Source of the DNA: Eledone cirrhosa
Lineage: Eukaryota
Assembly (NCBI GenBank): GCA_964016885.1
Contig: OZ024741.1
Coordinates: forward strand, 25,296,001-25,360,000
DNA: 64,000 nt
Reading direction: 5' to 3'
Shown here: positions 25,894 to 38,400 of the stretch, piece by piece
Numbering within the stretch: position 1 is the stretch's first letter
Layout of the letters: each line of letters opens with the position of its first letter
Translations under genes and position numbers: made by a program
The notes under the pieces: model-generated
What the model was told of the DNA's origin: nothing
The model's input: only the letters and a program-made list of their open reading frames with translations
Database searches by the model: none

Positions 25894-26042
25894 TTTGATC
25901 ATATGTCAGCTTGATCAGGTCTGACCTGGGGCTAAACAATTTGATCAGGTCTGACCTGGGCTAAACAATTTGATCAGGTCTGACCTGGGGCTAAACAATT
26001 TGATCATATGTCAGCTAGATCAAGTCTGACCTAGGGCTAAAT
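25894..26042. repeat. Short tandem repeat (~29-30 bp, about 4 copies) with palindromic core CAGGTCTGACCTG
   Basis: TTGATCAGGTCTGACCTGGGGCTAAACAAT repeated three times plus a diverged copy. Confidence 0.85.
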
Positions 26043-26444
26043 AATCATATCCTTTTACAGTCACTATTTACGTTGACATAAATCAGATGGGTTGCCACGG
26101 GCACAAATTTGGGTGAGATGGTCAGATCAACCCCAGTATTTTATTTTATCTACCCTGAAATGGAAAACAGTTAATTCCAATAAAATTTAAACACAGGATC
26201 ATAATATATTTATAACAGAGAGGCAGAACTTTGCTCTCTGTCCCTCACTCTCCTCTTCTAGTGTTTCATGAAGAAGTTAATGAAGGCTTGGCCAGAAATG
26301 CAAGTTCCTCTCCTCAAACTATTCACCCATGACCACCAAACAACATTTACCATAGCCACTTTATCTTATTCATAAAACAGGGGTATACTATAAATCTGTA
26401 CTAGAACCCTTTTCACCTCAATCCCTCTTCCTTAAAACTATAAC

Positions 26445-29400
26445 TCAGTAGGGCTACTGTATAGCTGTAGTAGGGGTACTGTATAACTGTAGCAGGGGTA
26501 CTGTATAGCTGTAGTAGTAGGGGTACTGTATAGCTGTAGCAGGGGTACTGTATAGCTGTAGTAGGGGTACTGTATAACTGTAGCAGGGGTACTGTATAGC
26601 TGTAGTAGTAGGGGTACTGTATAGCTGTAGTAGTAGGGGTACTGTATAGCTGTAGTAGTAGGGGTACTGTATAGCTGTAGCAGGGGTAATGTATAGCTGT
26701 AGTAGTAGGGGTAATGTATAGCTGTAGTAGTAGGGGTACTGTATAGCTGTAGCAGGGGTACTGTATAGCTGTAGTAGTAGGGGTACTGTATAGCTGTAGT
26801 AGTAGGGGTACTGTATAGCTGTAGCAGGGGTACTGTATAGCTGTAGTAGGGGTACTGTATAACTGTAGCAGGGGTACTGTATAGCTGTAGTAGTAGGGGT
26901 ACTGTATAGCTGTAGTAGTAGGGGTACTGTATAGCTGTAGTAGTAGGGGTACTGTATAGCTGTAGCAGGGGTAATGTATAGCTGTAGTAGTAGGGGTAAT
27001 GTATAGCTGTAGTAGTAGGGGTACTGTATAGCTGTAGCAGGGGTACTGTATAGCTGTAGTAGTAGGAGTACTGTATAGCTGTAGTAGTAGGGGTACTGTA
27101 TAGCTGTAGTAGTAGGGGTACTGTATAGCTGTAGCAGGGGTACTGTATAGCTGTAGCAGGGGTAATGTATAGCTGTAGTAGGGGTACTGTATAGCTGTAG
27201 CAGGGGTACTGTATAGCTGTAGTAGTAGGGGTACTGTATAGCTGTAGCAGGGGTACTGTATAGCTGTAGTAGTAGGGTTACTGTATAGCTGTAGTAGTAG
27301 GGGTACTGTATAGCGTAGTAGGGCTACTGTATAGCTGTAGTTAGGGTACTGTATAGCTGGAGTAGTAGGGGTACTGTATAGCTATAGTAGGGGGTACTGT
27401 ATAGCTGTAGTAAGGGTACTGTATAGCCATAGTAGGGGTACTGTATAGCTGTAGTAGTAGGGGTACTGTATAGCTGTAGTAGTAGGGGTACTGTATAGCT
27501 GTAGTTGGGGTACTGTATAGCTGTAGTAGGGGTACTGTATAGCTATAGTAGGGGGTACTGTATAGCTGTAGTAGGGGTACTGTATAACTATATTAGTAGG
27601 GGTACTGTATAGCTGTAGTAGGGATACTGTATAGCTGTAGTTGAGGTACTGTATAGCTGTAGTTGGGGTACTGTATAGCTGTAGTAGGGGTACTGTATAG
27701 CTATAGTAGGGGGTACTGTATAGCTGTAGTAGGGGTACTGTATAACTATATTAGTAGGGGTACTGTATAGCTGTAGTAGTAGGGGTACTGTATAGCTGTA
27801 GTAGGGGTACTGTATAGCGTAGTAGGGGTACTGTATAGCTGTAGTAGGGGTACTGTATAGCTATATTAGTAGGGGTACTGTATAGCTGTAGTAGGGGTAC
27901 TGTATAGCAATAGTAGGGGTACTGTATAGCGTAGTAGGGCTACTGTATAGCTGTAGTTGGGGTACTGTATAGCTGTAGTTGGGGTACTGTATAGCTGTAG
28001 TTAGGGTACTGTATAGCTGTAGTAGTAGGGGTACTGTATAGCTGTAGTAGGGGTACTGTATAGCTGTAGTAGTAGGGGTACTGTATAGCGTAGTAGGGGT
28101 ACTGTATAGCTGTAGTAGGGGTACTGTATAGCTGTAGTAGGGGTAATGTATAGATGTAGAAGTAGGGGTACTGTATAGCGTAGTAGGGGTACTGTATAGC
28201 TGTAGTTGGGGTACTGTATAGCTAAAGTAGGGATACTGTATAGCTGTAGTAGGGGGTACTGTATAGCTGTAGTAGAGGTACTGTATAGCTGTAATAGTAG
28301 GGGTACTGTATAGCTATAGTAGGCTACTGTATAGCTGTAGCAGGGGTACTGTATAGCTGTAGTAGAAGGGGTACTCTATAGCTGTAGTAGGGGTACTGTA
28401 TAGCTGTAGTAGTAAGGGTACTGTATAGCTGTAGTAGTAGAGATACTGTATAGCTGTAGTTGAGGTACTGTATAGCTGTAGTAGGGGTACTGTATAGCTG
28501 TAGTAGGGGTACTGTATAGCTGTAGTTGGGGTCCTGTATAGCTGTAGGAGTAGGGGTACTCATAAGCTATGGTAGGGGTACTGTATAGCTGTAGTAGGGA
28601 TACTGTATAGCTATAGTAGGGGGTACTGTATAGCTGTAGTAGGGGTACTGTATAGCTGTAGTAGGGATACTGTATAGCTGTAGTAGGGGTATTGTATAGA
28701 TGTAGTTGGGGTACTGTATAGCTGTAGTAGTAGGGGTACTGTATAGCTATAGTAGGGGTACTGTATAGCTGTAGTAGGAGTATTGTATAGCTGTAGTTGG
28801 GGTACTGTATAGCTGTCGTAGTAGGGGTACTGTATAGCTATAGTAGGGGTACTGTATAGCTGTAGTAGGGGTACTGTATAGCTGTAGTAGTAGGGTACTG
28901 TATAGCTGTAGTTGGGGTACTGTATAGCTATAGTAGGGGTACTATATAGCTGTAGTAGGGATACTGTATAGCTATAGTAGGGGGTACTGTATAGCTGTAG
29001 TAGGGGTACTGTATAGCTATAGTAGGGGTACTGTATAGCTGTAGTAGGGATACTGTATAGCTATAGTAGGGGGTACTGTATAGCTGTAGTAGGGGTACTG
29101 TATAGCTGTAGTAGAGGTACTGTATAGCTATAATAGTAGGCTACTGTATAGCTGTAGTAAGCGTACTGTATAGCTGTAGTAGTAGGGGTACTGTATAGCT
29201 ATAGTAGGGGTACTGCATAGCTGTAGTAGGGGTACTGTATAGCTGTAGTAGTAGGGGTACTGTATAGCTGTAGTTGGGGTACTGTATAGCTGTAGTAGTA
29301 GGGGTACTGTATAGCTGTAGTTGGGGCACTGTATAGCTATAGTAGGGGTACTGTATAGCTGTAGTAGGGGTACTGTATAGCTGTAGTAGTAGGGATACTG

Positions 29401-32400
29401 TATAGCTATAGTAGGGGGTACTGTATAGCTGTAGTAGGGATACTGTATAGCTATAGTAGGGGGTACTGTATAGCTGTAGTAGTAGGGATACTGTATAGCT
29501 ATAGTAGGGGGTACTGTATAGCTGTAGTAGAGGTACTGTATAGCTATAATAGTAGGGGTACTGTATAGCTGTAGTAGGCTACTGTATAGCTGTAGTAGGG
29601 GTACTGTATAGCTGTAGTAGAGGTACTGTATAGCTATAATAGTAGGGGTACTGTATAGCTATAGTAGGCTACTGTATAGCTGTAGTAAGGGTACTGTATA
29701 GCTGTAGTAGTAGGGGTACTGTATGGCTGTAGTAGTAAGGGTACTGTATAGCTGTAGTAGCGATACTGTATAGCTATAGTAGGGGGTACTGTATAGCTAT
29801 ATTAGTAGGGGTACTGTATAGCTGTAGTAGCAGGGGTACTGTATAGCTGTAGTAGGGGTACTGTATAGCTATAGTAGGGGTACTGTATAGCTGTAGTAGT
29901 AGGGGTACTGTATAGCATAGTAGGGGTACTGTATAGCTGTAGTTGGGGTACTGTATAGCTGTAGTTAGGGTACTGTATAGCTGTAGTAGTAGTAGGGGTA
30001 CTGTATAGCTATAGTAGTAGGGGTACTGTATAGCTATAGTAGTAGGGGTACTGTATAGCTATAGTAGTAGGGGTACGGTGTAGCTGTAGTAGGAGTACTG
30101 TATAGCTGTAGCAGGGGTACTGTATAGCTGTAGTAGAAGGGGTACTGTATAGCTGTAGTAGGGGTACTGTATAGCTGTAGTAGTAGGGGTACTGTATAGC
30201 TGTAGTAGTAGGGGTACTGTATAGCTATAGTAGTAGGGGTACTGTATAGCTGTAGTAGGGGTACTGTATAGCTGTAGCAGGGGTACTGTATAGGTGTAGT
30301 AGAAGGGGTACTCTATAGCTGTAGTAGGGGTACTGTATAGCTGTAGTAGTAGGGGTACTGTATAGCTGTAGTAGTAGGGGTACTGTATAGTTGTAGTAGT
30401 AGGGGTACTGTATAGCTGTAGTAGTAGGGATACTGTATAGCTGTAGTTGAGGTACTGTATAGCTGTAGTTGGGGTACTGTATAGCTGTAGTAGGGGTACT
30501 GTATAGCTGTAGCAGGGGTACTGTATAGCTATATTAGTGTGGGGTACTGTATAGCTGTAGTAGTAGGGGTACTGTATAGCTGTAGTAGTAGGGGTACTGT
30601 ATAGCTATAGTAGGGGCACTGTATAGCTGCAGTAGGGGTACTGTATAGCTGTAGTAGTAGGGGTACTGTATAGCTGTAGTAGTAGGGGTACTGTATAGCT
30701 GTAGTTGGGGTACTGTATAGCTATAGTAGGGTACTGTATAGCTGTAGCAGGGGTACTGTATAGCTGTAGTAGTAGGGGTACTGTATAGAGATAGTAGGGG
30801 ATACTGTATAGCTATAGTAGGGGGTACTGTATAGCTGTAGTAGGGGTAGTGTATAGCTGTAGTAGGGATAGTGTATAGCTGTAGTAGGGATACTGTATAG
30901 CTGTAGTAGGGGTACTGTATAGATGTAGTTGGGGTACTGTATAGCTGTAGTAGTAGGGGTACTGTATAGCTATAGTAGGGGTACTGTATAGCTGTAGTAG
31001 GGGTACTGTATAGCTGTCGTAGAGGTACTATATAGCTATAATAGTAGGGGTACTGTATAGCTATAGTAGGCTACTGTATAGCTGTAGTAAGGGTACTGTA
31101 TAGCTGTAGTAGTAGGGGTACTGTATAGCTGTAGTAGTAGGGGTACTGTATAGCTGTAGTAGGGGTACTGTATAGCTGTAGTAGTAGGGGTACTGTATGG
31201 CTGTAGTAGTAGGGGTACTGTATAGCTATAGTAGAGGTACTGTATAGCTGTAGTAGGGATACTGTATAGCTATAGTAGGGATACTATATAGCTATAGTAG
31301 GGGGTACTGTATAGCTGTAGTAGCAGGGGTAGTGTATAGCTGTAGTAGGGGTACTGTATAGCTATAGTAGAGGTACTGTATAGCTGTAGTAGTAGGGGTA
31401 CTGTATGGCTGTAGTAGTAAGGGTACTGTATAGCTGTAGTAGCGATACTGTATAGCTATAGTAGGGGGTACTGTATAGCTATATTAGTAGGGGTACTGTA
31501 TAGCTGTAGTAGCAGGGGTACTGTATAGCTGTAGTAGGGGTACTGTATAGCTATAGTAGGGGTACTGTATAGCTGTAGTAGTAGGGGTACTGTATAGCAT
31601 AGTAGGGGTACTGTATAGCTGTAGTTGGGGTACTGTATAGCTGTAGTTAGGGTACTGTATAGCTGTAGTAGTAGTAGGGGTACTGTATAGCTATAGTAGG
31701 GATACTGTATAGCTATAGTAGTAGGGGTACTGTATAGCTATAGTAGTAGGGGTACGGTGTAGCTGTAGTAGGAGTACTGTATAGCTGTAGCAGGGGTACT
31801 GTATAGCTGTAGTAGAAGGGGTACTGTATAGCTGTAGTAGGGGTACTGTATAGCTGTAGTAGTAGGGGTACTGTATAGCTGTAGTAGTAGGGGTACTGTA
31901 TAGCTATAGTAGTAGGGGTACTGTATAGCTGTAGTAGGGGTACTGTATAGCTGTAGCAGGGGTACTGTATAGCTGTAGTAGTAGGGGTACTGTATAGCTG
32001 TAGTAGTAGGGGTACTGTATAGCTGTAGTAGTAGGGGTACTGTATAGCTGTAGTAGTAGGGATACTGTATAGCTGTAGTTGAGGTACTGTATAGCTGTAG
32101 TTGGGGTACTGTATAGCTGTAGTAGGGGTACTGTATAGCTGTAGCAGGGGTACTGTATAGCTATATTAGTGTGGGGTACTGTATAGCTGTAGTAGTAGGG
32201 GTACTGTATAGCTGTAGTAGTAGGGGTACTGTATAGCTATAGTAGGGGCACTGTATAGCTGCAGTAGGGGTACTGTATAGCTGTAGTAGTAGGGGTACTG
32301 TATAGCTGTAGTTGGGGTACTGTATAGCTGTAGTTGGGGTACTGTATAGCTATAGTAGGGGACTGTATAGCTGTAGTAGGGATACTGTATAGAGATAGTA

Positions 32401-35400
32401 GGGGATACTGTATAGCTATAGTAGGGGGTACTGTATAGCTGTAGTAGGGGTAGTGTATAGCTGTAGTAGGGATACTGTATAGCTGTAGTAGGGGTACTGT
32501 ATAGATGTAGTTGGGGTACTGTATAGCTGTAGTAGTAGGGGTACTGTATAGCTATAGTAGGGGTACTGTATAGCTGTAGTAGGGGTACTGTATAGCTGTC
32601 GTAGAGGTACTATATAGCTATAATAGTAGGGGTACTGTATAGCTATAGTAGGCTACTGTATAGCTGTAGTAAGGGTACTGTATAGCTGTAGTAGTAGGGG
32701 TACTGTATAGCTGTAGTAGTAGGGGTACTGTATAGCTGTAGTAGGGGTACTGTATAGCTGTAGTAGTAGGGGTACTGTATGGCTGTAGTAGTAGGGGTAC
32801 TGTATAGCTATAGTAGAGGTACTGTATAGCTGTAGTAGGGATACTGTATAGCTATAGTAGGGATACTATATAGCTATAGTAGGGGGTACTGTATAGCTGT
32901 AGTAGCAGGGGTAGTGTATAGCTGTAGTAGGGGTACTGTATAGCTATAGTAGAGGTACTGTATAGCTGTAGTAGTAGGGGTACTGTATAGCTGTAGTAGT
33001 AGGGGTACTGTATAGCTATAGTAGGGGTACTGTATAGCTGTAGTAGGGATACTGTATAGCTATAGTAGGGGGTACTGTATAGCTGTAGTAGGGGTACTGT
33101 ATAGCTATAGTAGGGGTACTGTATAGCTGTAGTAGTAGGGGTACTGTATAGCTATAGTAGGGGTACTGTATAGCTGTAGTAGTAGGGGTACTGTATAGTT
33201 ATAGTAAGGGTACTGTATAGCTGTAGTAGGGATACTGTGTAGCTATAGTAGGGGGTACTGTATAGCTATATTAGTAGGGGTACTGTATAGCTGTAGTAGT
33301 AGGGGTAATGTATAGCTGTAGTAGGGGTACTGTATAGCTATTATAGGGGTACTGTATAGCTATTATAGGGGTACTGTATAGCTGTAGTAGTAGGGGTACT
33401 GTATAGCGTAGTAGGAGTACTGTATAGCTGTAGTAGGGGTACTGTGTAGCTGTAGCAGGGGTACTGTATAGCTATATTAGTGTGGGGTACTGTATAGGTG
33501 TAGTAGTGGTACTGTATAGCTATATTAGTGTGGGGTACTGTATAGGTGTAGTAGTGGTACTGTATCGCTATAGTAGTAGGGGTAGTGTATAGCTGAGGTA
33601 GGGGTACTATATAGCTGTAGTAATAGGGGTATTGTATAGCTGTAGTAGTAGGGGTACTGTATAGCTGTAGTAGTAGGGGTACTGTATAGCTGTAGTAGGG
33701 GTACGGTATAGCTATATTAGTAGGGGCACTGTATAGCTGTAGTAGAAGGGGTACTGTATAGCTGTAGTAGGGGTACTGTATAGCTGTAGTAGGGGTACTG
33801 TATAACTGTAGTATGGGTACTGTATAGCTGTAGTATGGGTACTGTATAGCTGTAGTAGGGGTACTGTATAGTTGTAGCATGGGTACTGTATAGCTGTAGT
33901 AGTTGGGGTACTGTATAGCTATAGTAGGGGTACTGTATAGCTGTAGTAGGGATAGTGTATAGCTATAGTAGGGGGTACTGTATAGCTACATTAGTAGGGG
34001 TACTGTATAGCTGTAGTAGGGGGTACTGTATAGCTACATTAGTAGGGGTACTGTATAGCTGTAGTAAGGGTACTGTATAACTATAGTAGGGGTACTGTAT
34101 AGCTGTAGTAGTAGGGGTACTGTATAGCTGTAGTAGTAGGGGTACTGTATAGCTGTAGTAGTAGGGGTACTGTATAGCTGCAGTAGTAGGGATACTCTAT
34201 AGCTGTAGTTGGGGTACTGTATAGCTGTAGTTGGGGTAAGGTATAGCTATAGTAGGGGTACTGTATAGATGTAGTAGGGGTACTGTATAGCTGTAGTATG
34301 GGTACTGTATAGCTGTAGTAGGGGTACTGTATAGATGTAGTAGGGGTATTGTATAGCTGTAGTAGCAGGGGTACTGTATAGCTGTAGTAGGGGTACTGTA
34401 TAGCTATATTAGTAGGAGTACTGTATAGCTGTAGTAGGGGGTACTGTATAGCTGTAGTATGGGTACTGTATAGCTGGAGTAGGGGTACTGTATAGATGTA
34501 ATAGGGGTACTGTATAGCTGTAGTAGTAGGGGTACCGTATAGCTGTAGTAGGCGTACTGTATAGCTATATTAGTAGGGGTACTGTATAGCTGTAGTTGGG
34601 GTATTGTATAGCTGTAGTAAGGGTACGGTATAGCTGTAGTATGGTACTGTATAGCTGTAGTATGGGTACTGTATAGCTGTAGTAGGGGTACTGTATAGCT
34701 GTAGTAGGGGTACTGTATAGCTGCTGTAGTAGGGGTACTGTATAGGTGAGGTAGGGGTACTATATAGCTGTAGTAGTAGGGGCACTGTATAGCTGTAGTA
34801 GTAGGGGTACTGTATAGCGTAGTAGGGGTACTGTATAGCTGTATTAGTAGGGGTACTGTATAGCTGTAGTAGGGATACTCTATAGCTATAGTAAGGGGTA
34901 CTGTATAGCTATATTAGTAGGGGTACTGTATAGCTGTAGTAGTAAGGGTACTGTATAGCTGTAGTAGGGGTACTGTATAGCTATAGTAGGGGTACTGTAT
35001 AGCATAGTAGGGGTACTGTATAGCTGTAGTAGGGGTACTGTATAGCTGTAGCAGGGGTACTGTATAGCTATATTAGTGTGGGGTACTGTATAGGTGTAGT
35101 AGTGGTACTGTATAGCTATATTAGTGTGGGGTACTGTATAGCTGTAGTAGGGGTACTGTATAGCTGTAGTAGGGGTACTGTATCGCTATAGTAGTAGGGG
35201 TACTGTATAGCTGAGGTAGGGGTACTATATAGCTGTAGTAGGGGTACTGTATAGCTATATTAGTAGGGGCACTGTATAGCTGTAGTAGAAGGGGTACTGT
35301 ATAGCTGTAGTAAGGGTACTGTATAGCTGTAGTAAGGGTACTGTATAGCTGTAGTATAAGGGGTACTGTATAGCTGTAGTAGGCGTACTGTATGGCTATA

Positions 35401-38400
35401 TCAGTGTGGGGTACTGTATAGCTGTAGTAGGGGTACTGTATAACTGTAGTATGGGTACTGTATAGCTGTAGTATGGGTACTGTATAGTTGTAGCATGGGT
35501 ACTGTATAGCTGTAGTAGTAGGGTTACTGTATAGCTATAGTAGGGGTACTGTATAGCTGTAGTAGGGATACTGTATAGCTATAGTAGGGGGTACTGTATA
35601 GCTACATTAGTAGGGGTACTGTATAGCCGTAGTAGGGGGTACTGTATAGCTACATTAGTAGGGGTACTGTATAGCTGTAGTAAGGGTACTGTATAACTAT
35701 AGTAGGGGTACTGTATAGCTGTAGTAGTAGGGGTACTGTATAGCTGTAGTAGTAGGGGTACTGTATAGCTGTAGTAGTAGGGGTACTGTATAGCTGCAGT
35801 AGTAGGGATACTGTATAGCTGTAGTTGGGGTACTGTATAGCTGTAGTTGGGGTACTGTATAGCTATAGTAGGGGTACTGTATAGCTATATTAGTAGGGGT
35901 ACTGTATAGCTGTAGTAGGGGTACTGTATAGCTGTAGTATGGGTACTGTATAGCTGTAGTAGGGGTACTGTATAGATGTAGTAGGGGTATTGTATAGCTG
36001 TAGTAGCAGGGGTACTGTATAGCTGTAGTAGGGGTACTGTATAGCTATATTAGTAGGGGTACTGTATAGCTGTAGTAGGGGTACTGTATAGCTGTAGTAT
36101 GGGTACTGTATAGCTGGAGAAGGGGTACTGTATAGATGTAGTAGGGGTACTGTATAGCTGTAGTAGTAGGGGTACCGTATAGCTGTAGTAGGCGTACTGT
36201 ATAGCTATATTAGTAGGGGTACTGTATAGCTGTAGTTGGGGTATTGTATAGCTGTAGTAAGTGTACGGTATAGCTGTAGTATGGTACTGTATAGCTGTAG
36301 TATGGGTACTGTATAGCTGTAGTAGGGGTACTGTATAGCTGTAGTAGGGGTACTGTATAGCTGTAGTAGGGGTACTGTATAGCTATAGTAGTAGGGGTAC
36401 TGTATAGCTGAGGTAGGGGTACTGTATAGCTGTAGTAGTAGGGGTACTGTATAGCGTAGTAGGGGTACTGTATAGCTGTATTAGTAGGGGTACTGTATAG
36501 CTGTAGTAGGGATACTGTATAGCTATAGTAGGGGGTACTGTATAGCTATATTAGTAGGGGTACTGTATAGCTGTAGTAGTAAGGGTACTGTATAGCTGTA
36601 GTAGGGGTACTGTATAGCTATAGTAGGGGTACTGTATAGCTGTAGTAGTAGGGGTACTGTATAGCGTAGTAGGGGTACTGTATAGCTGTAGCAGGGGTAC
36701 TGTATAGCTATATTAGTGTGGGGTACTGTATAGCTGTAGTAGTGGTACTGTATAGCTGTAGTAGGGGTACTGTATAACTGCAGTATGGGTACTGTGTAGC
36801 TGTAGTATGGGTACTGTATAGCTGTAGTAGGGGTACTCTATAGCTGTAGCAGGGGCACTGTATAGCTGTAGTATGGGTACTGTATAGCTGTAGTTGGGGT
36901 ATTTCATAGCTGTAGTAGGGGGTACTGTATAGTTACATTAGTAGGGGTACTGTATAGCTGTAGTAAGGGTACTGTATAACTATAGTAGGGGTACTGTATA
37001 GCTGTAGTAGTAGAGGTACTGTATAGCTGTAGTAGTAGGGGTACTGTATAGCTGTAGTAGTAGGGGTACTGTATAGCTGCAGTAGTAGGGGTACTGTATA
37101 GCTGTAGTTGGGGTACGGTATAGCTATAGTAGGGGTACTGTATAGCTATATTAGTAGGGGTACTGTATAGCTGTAGTAGGGGTACTGTATACCTGTAGTA
37201 TGGGTACTGTATAGCTGTAGTAGGGGTACTGTATAGATGTAGTAAGGGTATTGTATAGCTGTAGTAGCAGGGGTACTGTATAGCTGTAGTAGGGGTACTG
37301 TATAGCTATATTAGTAAGGCTACTGTATAGCTGTAGTAGGGGGTACTGTATAGCTGTAGTATGGGTACTGTATAGCTGGAGTAGGGGTACTGTATAGATG
37401 TAGTAGGGGTACTGTATAGCTGTAGTAGTAGGGGTACCGTATAGCTGTAGTAGGCGTACTGTATAGCTATATTAGTAGGGGTACTGTATAGCTGTAGTTG
37501 GGGTATTGTATAGCTGTAGTAAGGGTACGGTATAGCTGTAGTATGGTACTGTATAGCTGTAGTATGGGTACTGTATAGCTGTAGTAGGGGTACTGTATAG
37601 CTGTAGTAGGGGTACTGTATAGCTGTAGTAGGGGTACTGTATAGCTATAGTAGTAGGAGTACTGTATAGGTGAGGTAGGGGTACTGTATAGCTGTAGTAG
37701 GCGTACTGTATGGCTATATCAGTGTGGGGTACTGTATAGCTGTAGTAGGGGTACTGTATAACTGTAGTATGGGTACTGTATAGCTGTAGTATGGGTACTG
37801 TATAGCTGTAGTAGGGGTACTGTATAGTTGTAGCATGGGTACTGTATAGCTGTAGTAGTAGGGGTACTGTATAGCTATAGTAGGGGTACTGTATAGCTGT
37901 AGTAGGGATACTGTATAGCTATAGTAGGGGGTACTGTATAGCTACATTAGTAGGGGTACTGTATAGCCGTAGTAGGGGGTACTGTATAGCTACATTAGTA
38001 GGGGTACTGTATAGCTGTAGTAAGGGTACTGTATAACTATAGTAGGGGTACTGTATAGCTGTAGTAGTAGGGGTACTGTATAGCTGTAGTAGTAGGGGTA
38101 CTGTATAGCTGCAGTAGTAGGGATACTGTATAGCTGTAGTTGGGGTACTGTATAGCTGTAGTTGGGGTACTGTATAGCTATAGTAGGGGTACTGTATAGC
38201 TATATTAGTAGGGGTACTGTATAGCTGTAGTAGGGGTACTGTATAGCTGTAGTATGGGTACTGTATAGCTGGAGTAGGGGTACTGTATAGATGTAGTAGG
38301 GGTACTGTATAGCTGTAGCAGGGGTACTGTATAGCTATATTAGTAGGGGTACTGTATAGCTGTAGTAGGGGTATTGTATAGCTGTAGTAAGTGTACGGTA

